From: Balamuthia mandrillaris
Lineage: Eukaryota
Reading direction: 5' to 3'
Assembly (NCBI GenBank): GCA_031835245.2
Contig: JAVKOQ020000043.1
Coordinates: forward strand, 1 to 64,000
Length of the DNA: 64,000 nucleotides
Shown here: one piece after another, positions 36,718 to 49,884 of the stretch
How the letters are laid out: each line of letters opens with the position of its first letter
Position numbering within the stretch: position 1 is the first letter of the stretch
The notes under the pieces: model-generated
The model's input: only the letters and a program-made list of their open reading frames with translations
Databases searched by the model: none
Told to the model about the DNA's origin: nothing
Program-made: the position numbers and the translations under genes

Positions 36718-37226
36718 GCCCTCCCTCATTGCCAATGTAGTCTGTTTAATGGAAAAGCATGCGCTCCGGCCAACGAACCCGGCTGATGGCAGTTGTTGCG
36801 CTGTACACCATCTAAAGCAACTATAAATGAACGTTAATGAGGACAAGCTTTTGTCTCTTTCGTTGCTCTCCTAAGCAGAGATCTTCCACGTCCCTCATAT
36901 AATGAGGACCGGAGCCTGGGCGCAAAGACAGGAGATATCGTATTTAGACATGAGAGTAGACAAGAGATGCGTTTGTTGCCTGTCCTCCACGTCGACATGA
37001 ATCTGTCGACAACAAAAGCCAGTCCATCTCCTCAGGCCGTCGACAAAAATACATCCGTGACGGCCAACTCCTCAAACAGATAGGAGAGCAACGTAAACTT
37101 GGCACCACCACCAGAAATTTCCCCCCACCCAACAGTTGGGCCAACACACCAGCCCCTTTTCCCACCCCTCCACGATTCCCCTTTTCCCCTCCCCCAAAAA
37201 AAAGGGGGATCCACCGCCCAACCGAA

Positions 37227-39634
37227 ATGGGGAACGCCGTCTACTACGTGGTGCAAACCCGTGGGGAAGCAGGCCCGACTGCTACCCCCACCTCCCTCCC
37301 CACCCCCACCACTCATACCTCCAAACGGCCCGTCGAGGAAGAGCAAGGAGAGGACGGAACCCTTCTACGCGTTGAAGCGAGGCAGCAGCCACCAGAGTAT
37401 TCTTCCTGTTCTTACAACTGTCAACGGCGGGGCGAGGCCAACGACACTATTCGCAATCATGGGCCTAGTGCTCCTTCTTCTTCTTCTTCGGCTGCCGCGT
37501 CTTCTTCCGTCCCTTCTTCTGCCGCGCAAGAAGTGACGGAACGGTCTGACGTTTTTTATTCCGACGAGAAAAAGAAAGGACAGCAGCAGCAAGCTTTGAA
37601 AGAGGGAGAAGAAGAAAACTCGAATCTCTTAAAATCCGTTGAGCTCAACCACTCGGACCTTTTTCTTTTTGCCTCTTCTTCTTCATCTGACTCTCGCCCT
37701 TCTTCTCCTTCCTCTCCTTGCTCATCATCAGCAGATTCAGTGTACATGTCAGCCACCAATTCTTTTGCTTCTTCTTCTTCTTCTGCCTCCTCTGCTGACT
37801 CTCCTTCTGCCTCTCTCTCAAACTCCTCCTCCATCCCGGAGATCCTGTTGGAGGAGCTACCCCCAACAACTGCCGACTGGTTTCTTCAACCCGCTCACCA
37901 ATTCCTCTTTGATGCCTCTTCTTCCTCCTCCGCTTCCTCTCACAACAAAAACAAGAAAGCGCAACAAAATAGAAAACCTATCCCACAAAAGAGAACTTTG
38001 GATTTGACAAGGGCCAAGAAGAAGTTGGAGGAAAAGTTAGGCTCTCCTTTGGAGGACGGTTGGTTCTTTGTGCATCGTCAAACGAGCGAAGAAGATGGAA
38101 CCGATGAAGAAGAAGGGCCGGTCGGAGAGGAGAAGAAGAGGAAGAAGAAAATGGTGCAAGTGACTTCGATCAGTTTGGAATTGGATGAGGAAGGACAGTC
38201 GCTTCTGTCTCCTCCTAAAATGGCCACCCTTTCTCTCGCTGAAGAGGAGTTGCTTGGAGAAGAACAAGGAAACGAAGGAAAGCAACTACAACAAAACTTT
38301 AAGTGTTATCCTTTTGATCCGCTTTGGAATACAACCGCAACAACCACGACGACAATGATGAAAGAGGATGAAGAGAATGGAAGAAATGAAGGCGAGACAA
38401 CAGGACTGTGGGGAGGTGCCATAAGTCACCTCTTTGGTTATTTCTCTTCTGCATTAAAACAACCTCCTGAAGCAACCAAACCAACTACAACAACGAAAGA
38501 GAACAATCACGAGACAACAGATAAGGAAGATCCAGAAGAAGAGGAGGAAGAAAGAGTGATAACAACATGGAAAACGAATGGCAACAAAGACATTCGATGC
38601 TTGCAAACGCAAGTGTCGATGCTGCAAAGTCAAGTGTTGGAGATGGATGAGCTCAGAGGACAAGTGACTTACCTGAAAGGCCTTTTAGAGGATCTCAGTT
38701 ACAATAGCAATGCTCCAACTCGTTCTTTGTCTACTTCTCTTCTCCCTCCTCCTTCTTCTCATCTTCTTCCCCCTCCTTCTGCGTCTTCCTTAGCTCCCCC
38801 TCCTCCATCTTCACTTCCTCCTCCTCCACCCCCGCCCCCTCTTCCTCCATCTTCTTCCTCCACTGCGCATTCAACAAAAACAACAAAAGATGGAAAGGAA
38901 GAAGGAGGAATTGGAGTAGCGCTAAAAGAACGATCAGCATTGAGAAAGCAGAGTGAGGACGGTGAGAAGAAGCAAAAAGAGGGAGCAGAAATGAAGAAAA
39001 TAACGGAGAAGATGAACAACATGACCATGAACGATTTGGAGAAAGTGATAAGAGAACAGATTCAAGCTTCAGATGTAACATCGGAGAACTGGGAAACAGC
39101 TGTCTCCAACTTTCTCAACTCTTTTCGCAATCACAACGAGCAGCTGCGCAAGTTATGCTCTCTTTACCCATTTCTTATTCGTACGATTTTTCTTTCTTCC
39201 AGCATTTTTGTTTCTTTTTCTTTTTCTGCTATCTTTTAACACAAAAACAAAACAAAACAAAAGGCAAACTTGCCCTAAAGCCAAAGTCGGCTTTCATACG
39301 CATGACGCTCTGGGAGAAGCATCTCTTTGCAGGGATGCCGCCCGCCGAGGCCCAACGATGGCGCCAACGAAAGGCTTTTGAGATTGAAAAGTTGGAGGGC
39401 AAAGAAGCCATTTTGGAGGAAGTGCAAAAGGTGAAGAAAGTGATGGAGGCCCAAAGACAAAAAGAAAAGGAGCAAAAGAAGCAGGAAGCAACAAAGAACG
39501 CCATGAAGGGCATGCTGGAGGAGTTGGAGAAGAGCTTCATGGCGAACCAAATGCGGAACGCACGGCAACAAGCGGAGGCTGAGCTCGAACAGCTCGAAGA
39601 AGGATCCTTGGAGCTGGATGAAGAGGATTTGTGA
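37227..39634 (+). CDS. Low-complexity protein with coiled-coil, polyproline tract and helical C-terminus
   Basis: A 670-aa ORF spliced (intron ~39152-39263) to ORF 39155-39634. A coiled-coil LQTQVSMLQSQV..LKGLLE is followed by PPPPPPPPLPP. Confidence 0.7.
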
Positions 39635-39947
39635 GGAAGATTTCGACCAACTCCCTCTCTCCCTGCTTGGCTCTTTCTTCCTTCATTCCTTACATTTTTG
39701 TACATTCCAATCATGTTCTCTTTGTAAAAAAGGAAAAACGGAAATTTCGACAAATTGAATGGATGAAAATTCCAAGAAGATCTTTTTTGTCGACCGAGAA
39801 AAATACGGCGATAAAAAAAAAGTAGCGGGACTCGCAGCAAAAAAAACGTTCTCTCATTTATTGCTACTGCATTAAACAAATCATACGGCGGCTGTGCTGC
39901 GCTACGCTGGTCTACTACACGAGGCAACCTACCCCCGCAACCCTCCC

Positions 39948-41848
39948 ATGGCCATGCGCGCTTCTACGTCCTCTGGAGGTCAAACCGTTCGCGGAGGTCA
40001 ACAACAACAGTCCACTACAACGCCCACCATGTCCAGAAGGGCGGTAGCTCACGAGTACGTACCACGAACAAACATGCAAACTAACCAAAAAAAAAAAACT
40101 GATTGTTGGAGTGCGATTAACCCCTTTGTTGTTGTTGTTTTGTTGAATGTAGGAGAGGAGAGGAGAAGGATTAGTTTTAAAAAATGTTCTGTGGGAGAGA
40201 AGAGAGCTAAAAAAACCCTCTCCTCCTTCTTTTGTCAACCAAACGAGAGAATGAGGGAGGAGAAGGCGCGTTTGAGGGAAAGTCGAGAGACGTTGTTCAG
40301 CACACAGCGGTTCCCTCTTTTAACTTGGGTTTATTTCTCCACAGCAACAAAAAGGACAAAGAAGTTATTGCAGAGGACGCAGCAAGAGCTCTTCGTTCCT
40401 CTTCATCTGCTTCGCCTTCCACCACAATCGCTACCACTACCAGTTGGCAAGACAGCCCTCCTTCCTCTTCCCGTGGCGAGGATGGTGTTGAAGAGAACAC
40501 CGAAGACAGGACTGACTCCACCACAGACACTTCGGATGAAAGCAGCAAAACAGAGAGAAAGACAAAGACCGGAGGAGAACAGGAAGATGACGCGATGGTG
40601 CCTCTTGATGTCTTTGAGGACAGCGACAGGGAGGACTACCTTCAGAAACAGTTGGACGAGGCCCTGAGCCACATTCCAGGAAAGCGGTGGTACCGTGATA
40701 GCAACGTCTATAGGCTGTTGATCATGTTGTCCATGACCGTCAGCTTTTTCTTTGCGGAGCTGGTAGTCGGTCTCATGACGGACTCATTAGCTTTGGTCTC
40801 TGACGCATTTCACATGGCCTCCGACAGCTTGGCGCTGTTTGTTGGTCTCCTTTCCTTGCAGGTATGTGATGTTTTCTCCTTTCTCTTGCTATTCATTTCG
40901 GGCTGACGTGAAGAGTAAACAATGCAGTTGGCGAAGAAGCGGTCGGGAAGCAACAAGTACTCCTATGGATGGGCCAGAGCGGAAATCATAGGTGGTCTTG
41001 TCAACGGTGTATTTCTGCTCTCGGTAGTGTTTTTCATTTTCCTCGAAGCTATCGAGCGCTTTCTTGACCAACCAGGTTTGTCCCTCACAACGCAACAGAG
41101 AGGAGAGAGCAGGCAACAGAGAATAGAAGGAGAGTAGAGAAGGAGACAGAAGAAAAACAGTTCTCCTAACTTTATCTCTTTAAAGAGGTGGAGAATCCGT
41201 TGTTGATAGTTTATGTTGGAGCAGGCGGTTTAGTGATCAACATCATTGGCGTATTCTTGTTCTTGAGTGCGTTATCCTTTACGTTTATTTTGCTTTTGCT
41301 TTTTATGTTCTTTTTTTTGTTTTAGTTTAAAGTTTTAGTTTTTTTCTCTTTAATGTTGACTCTTTTAACTCTATCTCTCTCACTAAATAGAGCATGCTCA
41401 CTTGCACGGACATTCTCATGGCAGCTCTCACTCCCACTCTCACTCCGAGAGCAATGAAGAACATTCTCATTCCCATTCTCACTCTGGCCACTCCCATTCC
41501 CATCACTCTCATTCCCACAATGAGCATGGAGAACACGATGGTGAGATCGCGGAAGCTGCGTCCGCTAGCCATTCTGGTGCTAAACATAACTTGCATGGTG
41601 TGTTTCTTCACATTTTGGGAGATGCTTTGGGCTCAATCGCTGCTATCGCCAGCGGCCTCCTCATCCATTTTTTGGAATGGGAGCATCGCTTCTACATTGA
41701 TCCCATTTTGAGGTAATTATTTCATCCTGTGTCATGAACCTTGCTTTCTCTCTCCTTACTTTTTTTTTTTTGCGTGCTTGGAAACAAATAGTTGCCTCAT
41801 CGCTATAATCATCCTGTTCAGCTCCATTCCACTCGGTACGTTCTTCTT

Positions 41849-41895
<47 letters not shown>

Positions 41896-42504
41896 GACTC
41901 CATTTTTTCTTTTGTTTCTCTCTTCCATCAGTTTTGTCGTGCATGAGAATCTTGATGCAGAGCGTTCCAGCGGGACTTGACTTGGCTGATCTAAAGACTG
42001 ATCTTGAAAAGGTCATAACCATACTCTCTTCTAGCCTCCCTTCCTCTTCGTCCTCAAAACATTAAACTTGTATTTTTGTACACCCCAACAGATTCCATCA
42101 GTAATTTGTGTGCACGACCTCCACATATGGCAGCTGTTGGACACTAAGGTGATTGCCTCCGTCCACGTCCTCTGCTTCAAAGGAAGCGACTTTATGCAGA
42201 TAGCAAGACAGATCAAGCAGCTCTTCCACAACTACAACATCCACTCTGTCACTATTCAGCCCGAATTTACCTCCTACAGTGCCGTTCCTTCTCAGGTACT
42301 TTCTCTCTCTTTCTTCTCATTCCTCTTCTCTCTCTCTCTCATGCTCTCTTCCTTTCCTGTATGTTAACTTTTTCTAAATCAAAAAAGCAGCAAGACGAGC
42401 ATCAACACTTTGGCTGCATAATGCAGTGCGTGCAAGACTGCGACACAATCCCAGCCGCACAACTGGAGAAAGCTTCTTTGCTCAAAGGCGAAAAGGCTTT
42501 GTAA
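39948..42504 (+). CDS. Cation diffusion facilitator zinc transporter (ZnT1/SLC30A1-, Zrc1/Cot1-like)
   Basis: [34 protein letters not shown], a His-rich loop, [40 protein letters not shown]. Confidence 0.95.
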
Positions 42505-42511
42505 GGCTCTA

Positions 42512-43657
42512 CTAATAAAACCACATGGTAAGCGCATACCTAGGTGCAAAGGAAGGCAACACTTCATGCTCCACCTGTCTGCTTTGGAAGATGACCACCC
42601 GGTCGGGCAACGGCGCCACATCTTCTTCCCTCTCTTCTGCTTCGTCTTCTTTTTCTTCTTCTTTTTCGGCGTCGTGGTAGTATATCCGGAGGTGGCCGCC
42701 ATCCTCTTCCTTCCAGGAGACGTTCATGTAGTAGAGCACCGTTATCCTTCGGGTTGCTCCCCCTTTGAAGGCATCCAAGTGTCTCACATAACGACTTCCT
42801 CCTGTTGCAAGGCCGAGTGAGAAGAGAAACAGAATAGAATTGGGAGCGGACGGTGACAAAATGTTTAGCCAACAAAGAGGAAAAAAGAAACGAACCACCA
42901 GGATAGCAAGCCAGTTGGACTTGAGTGCGGGCGGATGCAAAGTCGCAGGCCTCGTTGAGTTCCTGTTGGAGGGCTCTCATGCGTTCCAGCAGAGCCGAGA
43001 GGTGAGGGTGCTGTTGCTGCTCCTCAGTGCTCCCCTGGTTTGGTTCTCCTCCTCGAGCTTCCTTTTCCTCGTCCTTGTTGGTGCTGTTGCTGTGGTGGTG
43101 GCAGTTAAGCCACATGTGGAGGTCCCCTCGTACTTGGCTTTGCGTCCACTTGGCGTGGCCTTGGTTCATCCCTGCTTGCTTCAGCTTTCCTTGCATGTGT
43201 AACCCTTTTGCCTTCATTTTTTTTTTGGGTTGATGTTCGCTAGGAGGAGAGAAGGAAGAAGAAAGGAGGAAGGAGGGAAAAAGAAGGGAGAAGAAGCAAA
43301 AACAAAACCTCGTCCAAAACGAGTTGAACTTGATCGATGGAGCCGAGAAAGTTGTCTTTCACGATGAAGCCTTTCGCATCGAGAGCTTCCAGGTCGGCGC
43401 GCGTGAAGAACCGCAGAGAAGCGTCCGGCTTGAGGCGAGGCGTGAAGAGGAAAGGAGAGAGGCGCTCATGCGACGGCGTGCGAATGGTTTGCTCCAATGT
43501 GTCGCGGCCCAACAACGACAATGCCTTTTTATTATTATTTGTGTCTATCAACAAAAAAAAACAGAGCTGCAATAGTGCTTGCGTGAGTGCTCGTTACTTG
43601 AAATTTGAATGCTGGAGGCAGCAAGGACATATCTAGAGAGGCACCAGGCCGCCTCAT
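42512..43657 (-). CDS. 2OG-Fe(II) dioxygenase, EGLN/PHD prolyl-hydroxylase-like
   Basis: GFIVKDNFLG, VRGDLHMWL, QLACYPG, YVRHLD..RRITVLYYMN..GGHLRIY, VEHEVLP..RYALTMWF (HxD..H triad and 2OG-binding Arg). Confidence 0.9.
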
Positions 43658-43829
43658 CTTTTCTATTCTTTTATTTGGGTGCTTGTCCCATAATAAAAAG
43701 AAAATAACAAAAAAACTGATTTGCTCAGTTTCTGCACAAAATTTTATTATCCTTCGGAAAGTCACATCAAAAAGTGCTAGGATTTAAATGTATTGTCCAA
43801 GATCAACCTGCACTACATACCTTTTCAAG

Positions 43830-44190
43830 CCTCAACTCATTCACACTGACATCTATGGGCTAATGCAAATTCTCTCCATTGGTGGTTAATGATATTTTGT
43901 AACTTTCACTGATGACTATACAAGACCTATTTCCTCAAAAACAAAAATGAAGTCATGACCAAATTCATCAAGTTTGCTAAACTTGTCACAAACCAAATTG
44001 GTCTTACTAAGACTATTCACAGTGATGGTGAAGGAGAATATTTTGGCTACCAATTTAAAAATGCACTCATCCAACAAGGCATTCATCATCAATGCTCTGC
44101 TTCATATACACCTGAGCAAAACAGTGTTGCAGAATGAAAGACCTGTTCCATTATAGAATAAGCCTTATATTGTTAGTTAAGTCCAACTTA
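43830..44190 (+). mobile_element. Ty1/copia integrase (rve) fragment
   Basis: LIHTDIYGLM..SIGG**YFVTFTDDY..YFLKNKNEV..HSDGEGEY..GIHHQCSASYTPEQNSVAE*K. Confidence 0.9.
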
Positions 44191-45234
44191 ACAAAAGAAA
44201 GGGGCAAATGATCAGAAAGGAGTGTATTTCAGAAGAAAGAAAGAAAAACAATAGGAGGGAATCTTTGTTGTTGCTTTAAAGTACACCAAGGGAAAGGGGC
44301 AAAGGAGAAAAACAGGATGAGGAGATACAAAAGAAAGGAGAGTTGAGGGTCTGGGACAGATTCAACATGAGGAGTCTAGAGATAAGTGTTGGTGATTTAC
44401 CAACAACTATGAAGTAAGAGAAAGAGACAAAGAGAAAGACAGAGAGAAAGAGAAAGACAGAGAGAAAGAGAGAGAGAAGACAGCAAAAGAGAGAGAAAGA
44501 GAAAAAGAGAGAGAGAAAGAGCAAGAAACAGAGAGAGAGAAATGGAAAAATGGAAAAGAGAGAAAGAAAAGAAGAAAGAATGTGATAAAAAAACAAAAAG
44601 TGCAGGTTAGGGCTAGCCAAAACTCTTTTAAAAAGGAAAGTGCTACAAAATAACAAGGTAGTGGACACAAGAGTAACCACAGGTTACTTACCAATAGAAC
44701 TTTGATCTTATTGGGGGTCCTTTTGGAAAACAGAATGAATTTTTGTTTAAGGTGATTCCCATGTTGTCCTTGATCTTCCCATGTCATTCTTCATTCACCA
44801 AAGCAAAAAGAAAAAAAAAGATATGTAATAATACATAATAATACAGAGCCAAGCAAAAGTTATAGCCTTGCTTTTACAAGCTCCATTTTGGTTAAGAAGT
44901 GAACCATTGCCAGGTTTCAAACTGTAGTTTGCATGGTTTTACTATTGTGTGTGCCCCTTCTTCTCTTTTCTTTTGTTTTGAATCTGTGTACCCAGTTTTC
45001 ACAGTCGATTTCTTTTTAATTGGCTTGTAGGAAGGCACCTCTTCTTTTTTGAATGAAGTTCTTCTGCATAAGGGAACAGTTGTGTGGGAAATGTGTAAAT
45101 GAGAGGGAAGATCATTAAGATAGCAAAGGAGATGGCCCAGCTTTACTCTTTGATTGAAGAAAGGCTTTGGAACAAAGAGGAGCATAACTTCAGTCCATGT
45201 CGGAAACCCAACAATTCGCGTCATTTTGACTTCC

Positions 45235-45408
45235 TGTTGACCTTTCCCTGGATACCCCAAATTCTCTCACCCCTTTTTTATTTTCCCTTTTTCCTGGCGA
45301 CACACTCAAAGCACACACTTTGGTCCACACCTCTTTTCTTGTGAATAAACCCAGAGTCGCTTACGTGCTGTCCCTTTCTTGATCTGCAGGGTTTATCCCC
45401 CATCAACA
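45235..45408 (+). mobile_element. Possible solo LTR
   Basis: TGTTGA...TCAACA ends and an internal AATAAA (~45344). The flanks CTTCC/TCTCC do not form a clean TSD. Confidence 0.35.
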
Positions 45409-45423
45409 TCTCCATTGGTGAAA

Positions 45424-45530
45424 TACAGCTGTATAAACAGGTGTCTAGACAGGTTTTTCCTATATATACAGCCCGCCGATCACCAAACAGGTTTTTCTGT
45501 ATTTCTGACGGCCTGTTTAGACAGCTGTAT
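45424..45530. repeat. Cluster of a quasi-palindromic 12-bp unit (CTGT.TA.ACAG/C)
   Basis: tacagctgtataaacaggtgtctagacagg and cctgtttagacagctgtat; same unit as the 52.2-52.4 kb array. Confidence 0.7.
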
Positions 45531-45700
45531 TAATCATTTTTCTGTATGCGATCACAAGATAGATAAGAGCAGGGTTCATATGGAGAGAAGAGATAACATG
45601 ACGGATAGGAGATTGTCTGCAAAAACTTGGGGTTTGAATTCCGTTCAATACATTCAAACCCTCACCTTCAGTTTTTCGCTCTCATCAGGTCTCTCTCTCC

Positions 45701-45782
<82 letters not shown>

Positions 45783-46313
45783 GATTCTTTTGTTGCAAAA
45801 TGTTTATTATTGAAGCATATCATGATGACAAGAGAAGAGTGTGACAGAACAGCTCTCTGTGATCCCCAAACACAAGTATTGCAGTAACTCCCTGGTGAGA
45901 AACAAGACAAGAGACAAGAGGTGAGCAACAAGCTACAAGAATAGAGGTAAGAGCTGAGAGAGGAAAGACGAGAGAGCAGAGAGCAGAGAGAGGAGAGAGG
46001 AGAGAAGAGAGAGAGGCAAGAGGTGAGAAGTGAGAGGAGAGGTAAGAGAAGAGGTGAGAAGAGAGGAGAGAGAGGCGAGGAGAGAGGAGAGGAGAGGTAA
46101 GCAGAGAGAGGCGAGAGGCGAGAGGCGAGCGAGAGGCGAGCGAGAGGCGAGAGGCGAGAGGCGAGAGGCGAGAGGCGAGAGGCGAGAGGCGAGAGGCGAG
46201 AGGCGAGAGGCGAGAGGCGAGAGGCGAGAGGCGAGAGGCGAGAGGCGAGCAAAGCAGAAAGAAGAGGGAGAAAAGAGAACGAGAAGAGAAGAATGAAGAA
46301 GGGAAAAACTAAC

Positions 46314-46740
46314 CTCTCTATCAAACGTGTGTGGCCATTGAAGAGTGCCTTGAGGGTTAAAAACTTGATAATTGACCCAGAGCTTGGTTTCCATCTTCTT
46401 TGGATCGTAGGACACACCGTGACCGCACGGGAGGGAGATGAGAGCATAGCTGCCACCTTTAAACTCTTTCCGACGAGGTACGTGCAGCCAGAATGCTGAT
46501 CCAACAAAATGTTCCTCGCTTGTCCATTCCACAGTACGCTCTCCAAAGATGTGCAAGTGGTACTCAAGAGGAATGGTTGTTTTGACAGATATGGGCAGTT
46601 TCTGTTTTGCCCGCAAAATGCGCTTCCGCAAAATCTGTGAGAGAGTACTGTTGACAAACCAAAGCACTTGTTCTTCAGTTACCACCAACGTTCTTGGTGG
46701 TGGTTGAACAATTTCTTCCTCTTCTCCTTTGACTTCTTTC
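46314..46740 (-). CDS. Unknown protein (possibly a pseudogene), homolog of 24994-25437
   Basis: PPPRTLVVTEEQV...QKLPIS...HLHIFG...KEFKGGSYALI...YQVFNPQGTLQWPHTFDRE. No clear in-frame ATG. Confidence 0.55.
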
Positions 46741-47250
46741 TTTACACAACAGGCCGTCTGCTTCTACCTTCGAATTCTGCTCGTTCTTTTTTTTTAACAG
46801 CGTCGACATGAGAAGCAGTCATTTACCAAAGATAGGTAATTGTCTACAAATACGGCTGGATTTTTCTCCTGCCACGTAAGCTTTTCCGGCGCAGTGGATA
46901 AAGAGTAGAAACGAAAAGTCAAATTCTCATTTCTCAAGGTGGAAAACAGAAAATGTAAAGAGAAAAAACTGTTCAACAACGAAAATCGTTTTTTTGGGCT
47001 TGAGGTCCTTACCTGATATTTTTTGTTTCTCTCGTGATAGTCCTCCTCTCCGTCGCTCTCTGCTCTCTTTACCGCCTACAGTAAGCTTTTCAGTTTTTCC
47101 TCCGTTTTATCTCGCTCTCTTTTCCAGGTTCCACAGGTATGTTCCTCTGCTCTCCCCCGCTTCTTACTACCCACTCTCTGCCCTTCTGGAAAAAGGAGCG
47201 ATGTGAATAAACTAGGTACCATTTCCTTCTCTTCCTCTCCCTCCCTCTCG

Positions 47251-47293
<43 letters not shown>

Positions 47294-47329
47294 GCTCTCT
47301 CTCTTTCGCTCTCTCTCTAAAAAAAAATT

Positions 47330-48963
47330 TCAAGCGCTCGCACGCCACGCGGACAACCTCGTCTACAAGGCCGTGCTCGAGAAGTTCGACCAGCCCTCCG
47401 AGACACCTAATCTAGCATGGCTCAGTCGCTTCAAACGCGAGTGGCCTAACGCCCTCAAGGAGTGCGATCTCTCTGACTCCCACGGGGCCACCGCCAAATA
47501 TTCCACCTTCCTCTCACACGTGCTGACGTCTACTCTATCGCCCCTGCCTCCGACGCGGTGGATCCGAACAGCGGCTGTGAAGACAGCAGCAGCGACGATG
47601 ACACCCTCGGAGACACCGTAGTCAGCTACACCTATAGTGACGATGACGGAAGTGTACTTGAACCCCCCAGCTCTTCCAGGAAGCACCGCCCCTCGTCTCT
47701 CTTGGCCGTTGACGCCAGCATTCGCGCGCTCCGTGACGTTCAAGAGCTTGTCGCCAGCCAAACCAAGCTCTGCTTTGCGCTGTGCGCAGAGTACCTCCTG
47801 GTGGAGCTCCGTGTGGAGTGATGCTGCCAATACACTCTTCACACCCAACGCGCACCCACGCCTGACTGCCGCTCCTGTACCCAACTCCCTTCTCTCTAGA
47901 GCTAAACGACTGGGCTCAACCAGTCAGCACGCCGGCACTGACCAGGACCCCCGTTTCTGGGACAACTAGGACCGCTACTTCGAAGACAACGTCGCTGGCG
48001 GCGTCGCCTTTGAAGGCCTCACCGTCTGCGTCCTGGGCAACATTACGAGTGCCAACATCCTGGCACACCTTGGCGATGAATGCAATAGACTCTTCCACTG
48101 CTATCAACACAAGTGCCACAAGGGTGACGCCTAGTAGGCCTTACCTTCCGCACCAACACAGATGCCAAGCAACTCCTCACGCGTGGTAAGACGTACCTCC
48201 CCGGCGGCTCCATCATGGAGAAGGCCAAGGAACGTTCCAACCTTGTTGTCCTGACCTTCACGATGATGAGGAGACCAGTGATGATGACGGAACCAGTGAC
48301 GGCACTCTGGAAATCAATGCCAGTGACGACGATGATGATGTGCCCACGCCTACCGATAGTCTCAAGCAACCCTGCCCTGCCCTCCTCCTGGCCGTTGACG
48401 CCAGCAACTGCTCACCGCGATGTCATTCATGGACTCGTTGCCAACCAAACACGGCTCCACCAGGAGGTGCTTCGGGCGCAGCGTGAGACTGAAGCCCAGC
48501 CACAGGACGGAGTGCGACCAGTTGGCACGGACCTCCGCTCGCCCACCAGTCTCCGTGTGGAGTGATGCTGCCAACAACACTCTTCACCTCCAATGTATTC
48601 CAGCACCTCCTTGCCCTCCCCCCCCCCCCCCCCCCCTCCTCCTGTCCAACTTGCTGATAGCTGCTCCTTCTGTCTCTGTCTCTGTCTCTGTCTCTCTCTC
48701 TGTCTTTGTCTCTATCTCTGTCTCTGTCTTTCTCTGTCTCTGTCTCTGTCTCTCTCTGTCTCTCTCTGTCTCTGTCTCTCTCTGTCTCTGTCTCTCTCTC
48801 TCTCTCCTCTCTCTGTCTCTGTCTCTGTCTCTGTCTCTGTCTCTGTCTCTGTCTCTGTCTCTGTCTCTGTCTCTGTCTCTGTCTCTGTCTCTGTCTCTGT
48901 CTCTGTCTCTGTCTCTGTCTCTGTCCTGTCTCTGTCTCTGTCTCTGTCTCTGTCTCTGTCTCT

Positions 48964-48996
<33 letters not shown>

Positions 48997-49038
48997 TCTC
49001 TGTCTCTGTCTCTGTCTCTGTCTCTGTCTCTGTCTCTG

Positions 49039-49069
<31 letters not shown>

Positions 49070-49070
49070 G

Positions 49071-49163
<93 letters not shown>

Positions 49164-49490
49164 AGCACCAAAGGCTCCGCAACCATAAACATGGGAGAGG
49201 AACATGGAATACTTGGCGTCTACTCTCGTGGTGTTCCTCTACAAGCAGTGATGATGATAACGACACCACATCCACACCTCAAACAGCTCGGCTATGTGTT
49301 CCGCATGGCCGTTGATGCCAGCATCTGGGCACTGCGTGATGTCACCACCAAGAGATGCTCCGGACACAGCTCGAAACAGAAGCCTGTCACCTCCATGACG
49401 CCTAACACCAAGATTGATTCACTCCTGGTGGAGGTGGCAGCCCTCCGTTCCAACCTTTCGCTCACCCTTCCAGCACCACCCCCAATGTAG
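47330..49490 (+). pseudogene. Degenerate GC-rich coding fragments with a triplicated LAVDASIRALRDV module; possible pogo/CENP-B-like HTH piece
   Basis: ggccgttga(c/t)gccagca recurs at ~47704, ~48389 and ~49307. PNLAWLSRFKREW resembles the CENP-B-type WLxRFK motif. Confidence 0.35.
48670..49160. repeat. (TCTCTG)n/(TC)n simple repeat
   Basis: Direct inspection. Confidence 0.95.
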
Positions 49491-49884
49491 TCAAGCACCG
49501 CTCTGTTGTGTCTGTGCCCAACTTACCACTCTCCCACTCACTCATTTTTCTCTCGTCACAGTGCCGTGAGGATGAGCTCTCGTGCAGAAAACCAATGAGG
49601 AACCAGCAGCCGGTTAACAAAGCATTGAGATGGGAAGCGATTAGGACAAGAAGCAAGCTATTTACAAACTCAGTGTACGATATTTTTTGCTTCTCTTTCC
49701 TCTCTTTTGATGTTCTCTGTCTCTTTTGTCTTTGAATCTGTTTTTCTTTCTTTTTTTTCTCTCTTTCTATGTCAGAGGACCAGTCCAGTCCTCCATGATA
49801 CAACGCCATTAGTATCTTGTTCTTTTTCAACTGCTTCTCTCTTTCTCCCTCATAGTGCCAGTCAGGTCCTCCACCATACATCTT

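Noticed and set aside
44276..45344. ORFs downstream of the copia integrase as RT/RNase H remnants
   Set aside because: No YVDD or other RT/RNase H motifs are recognisable.
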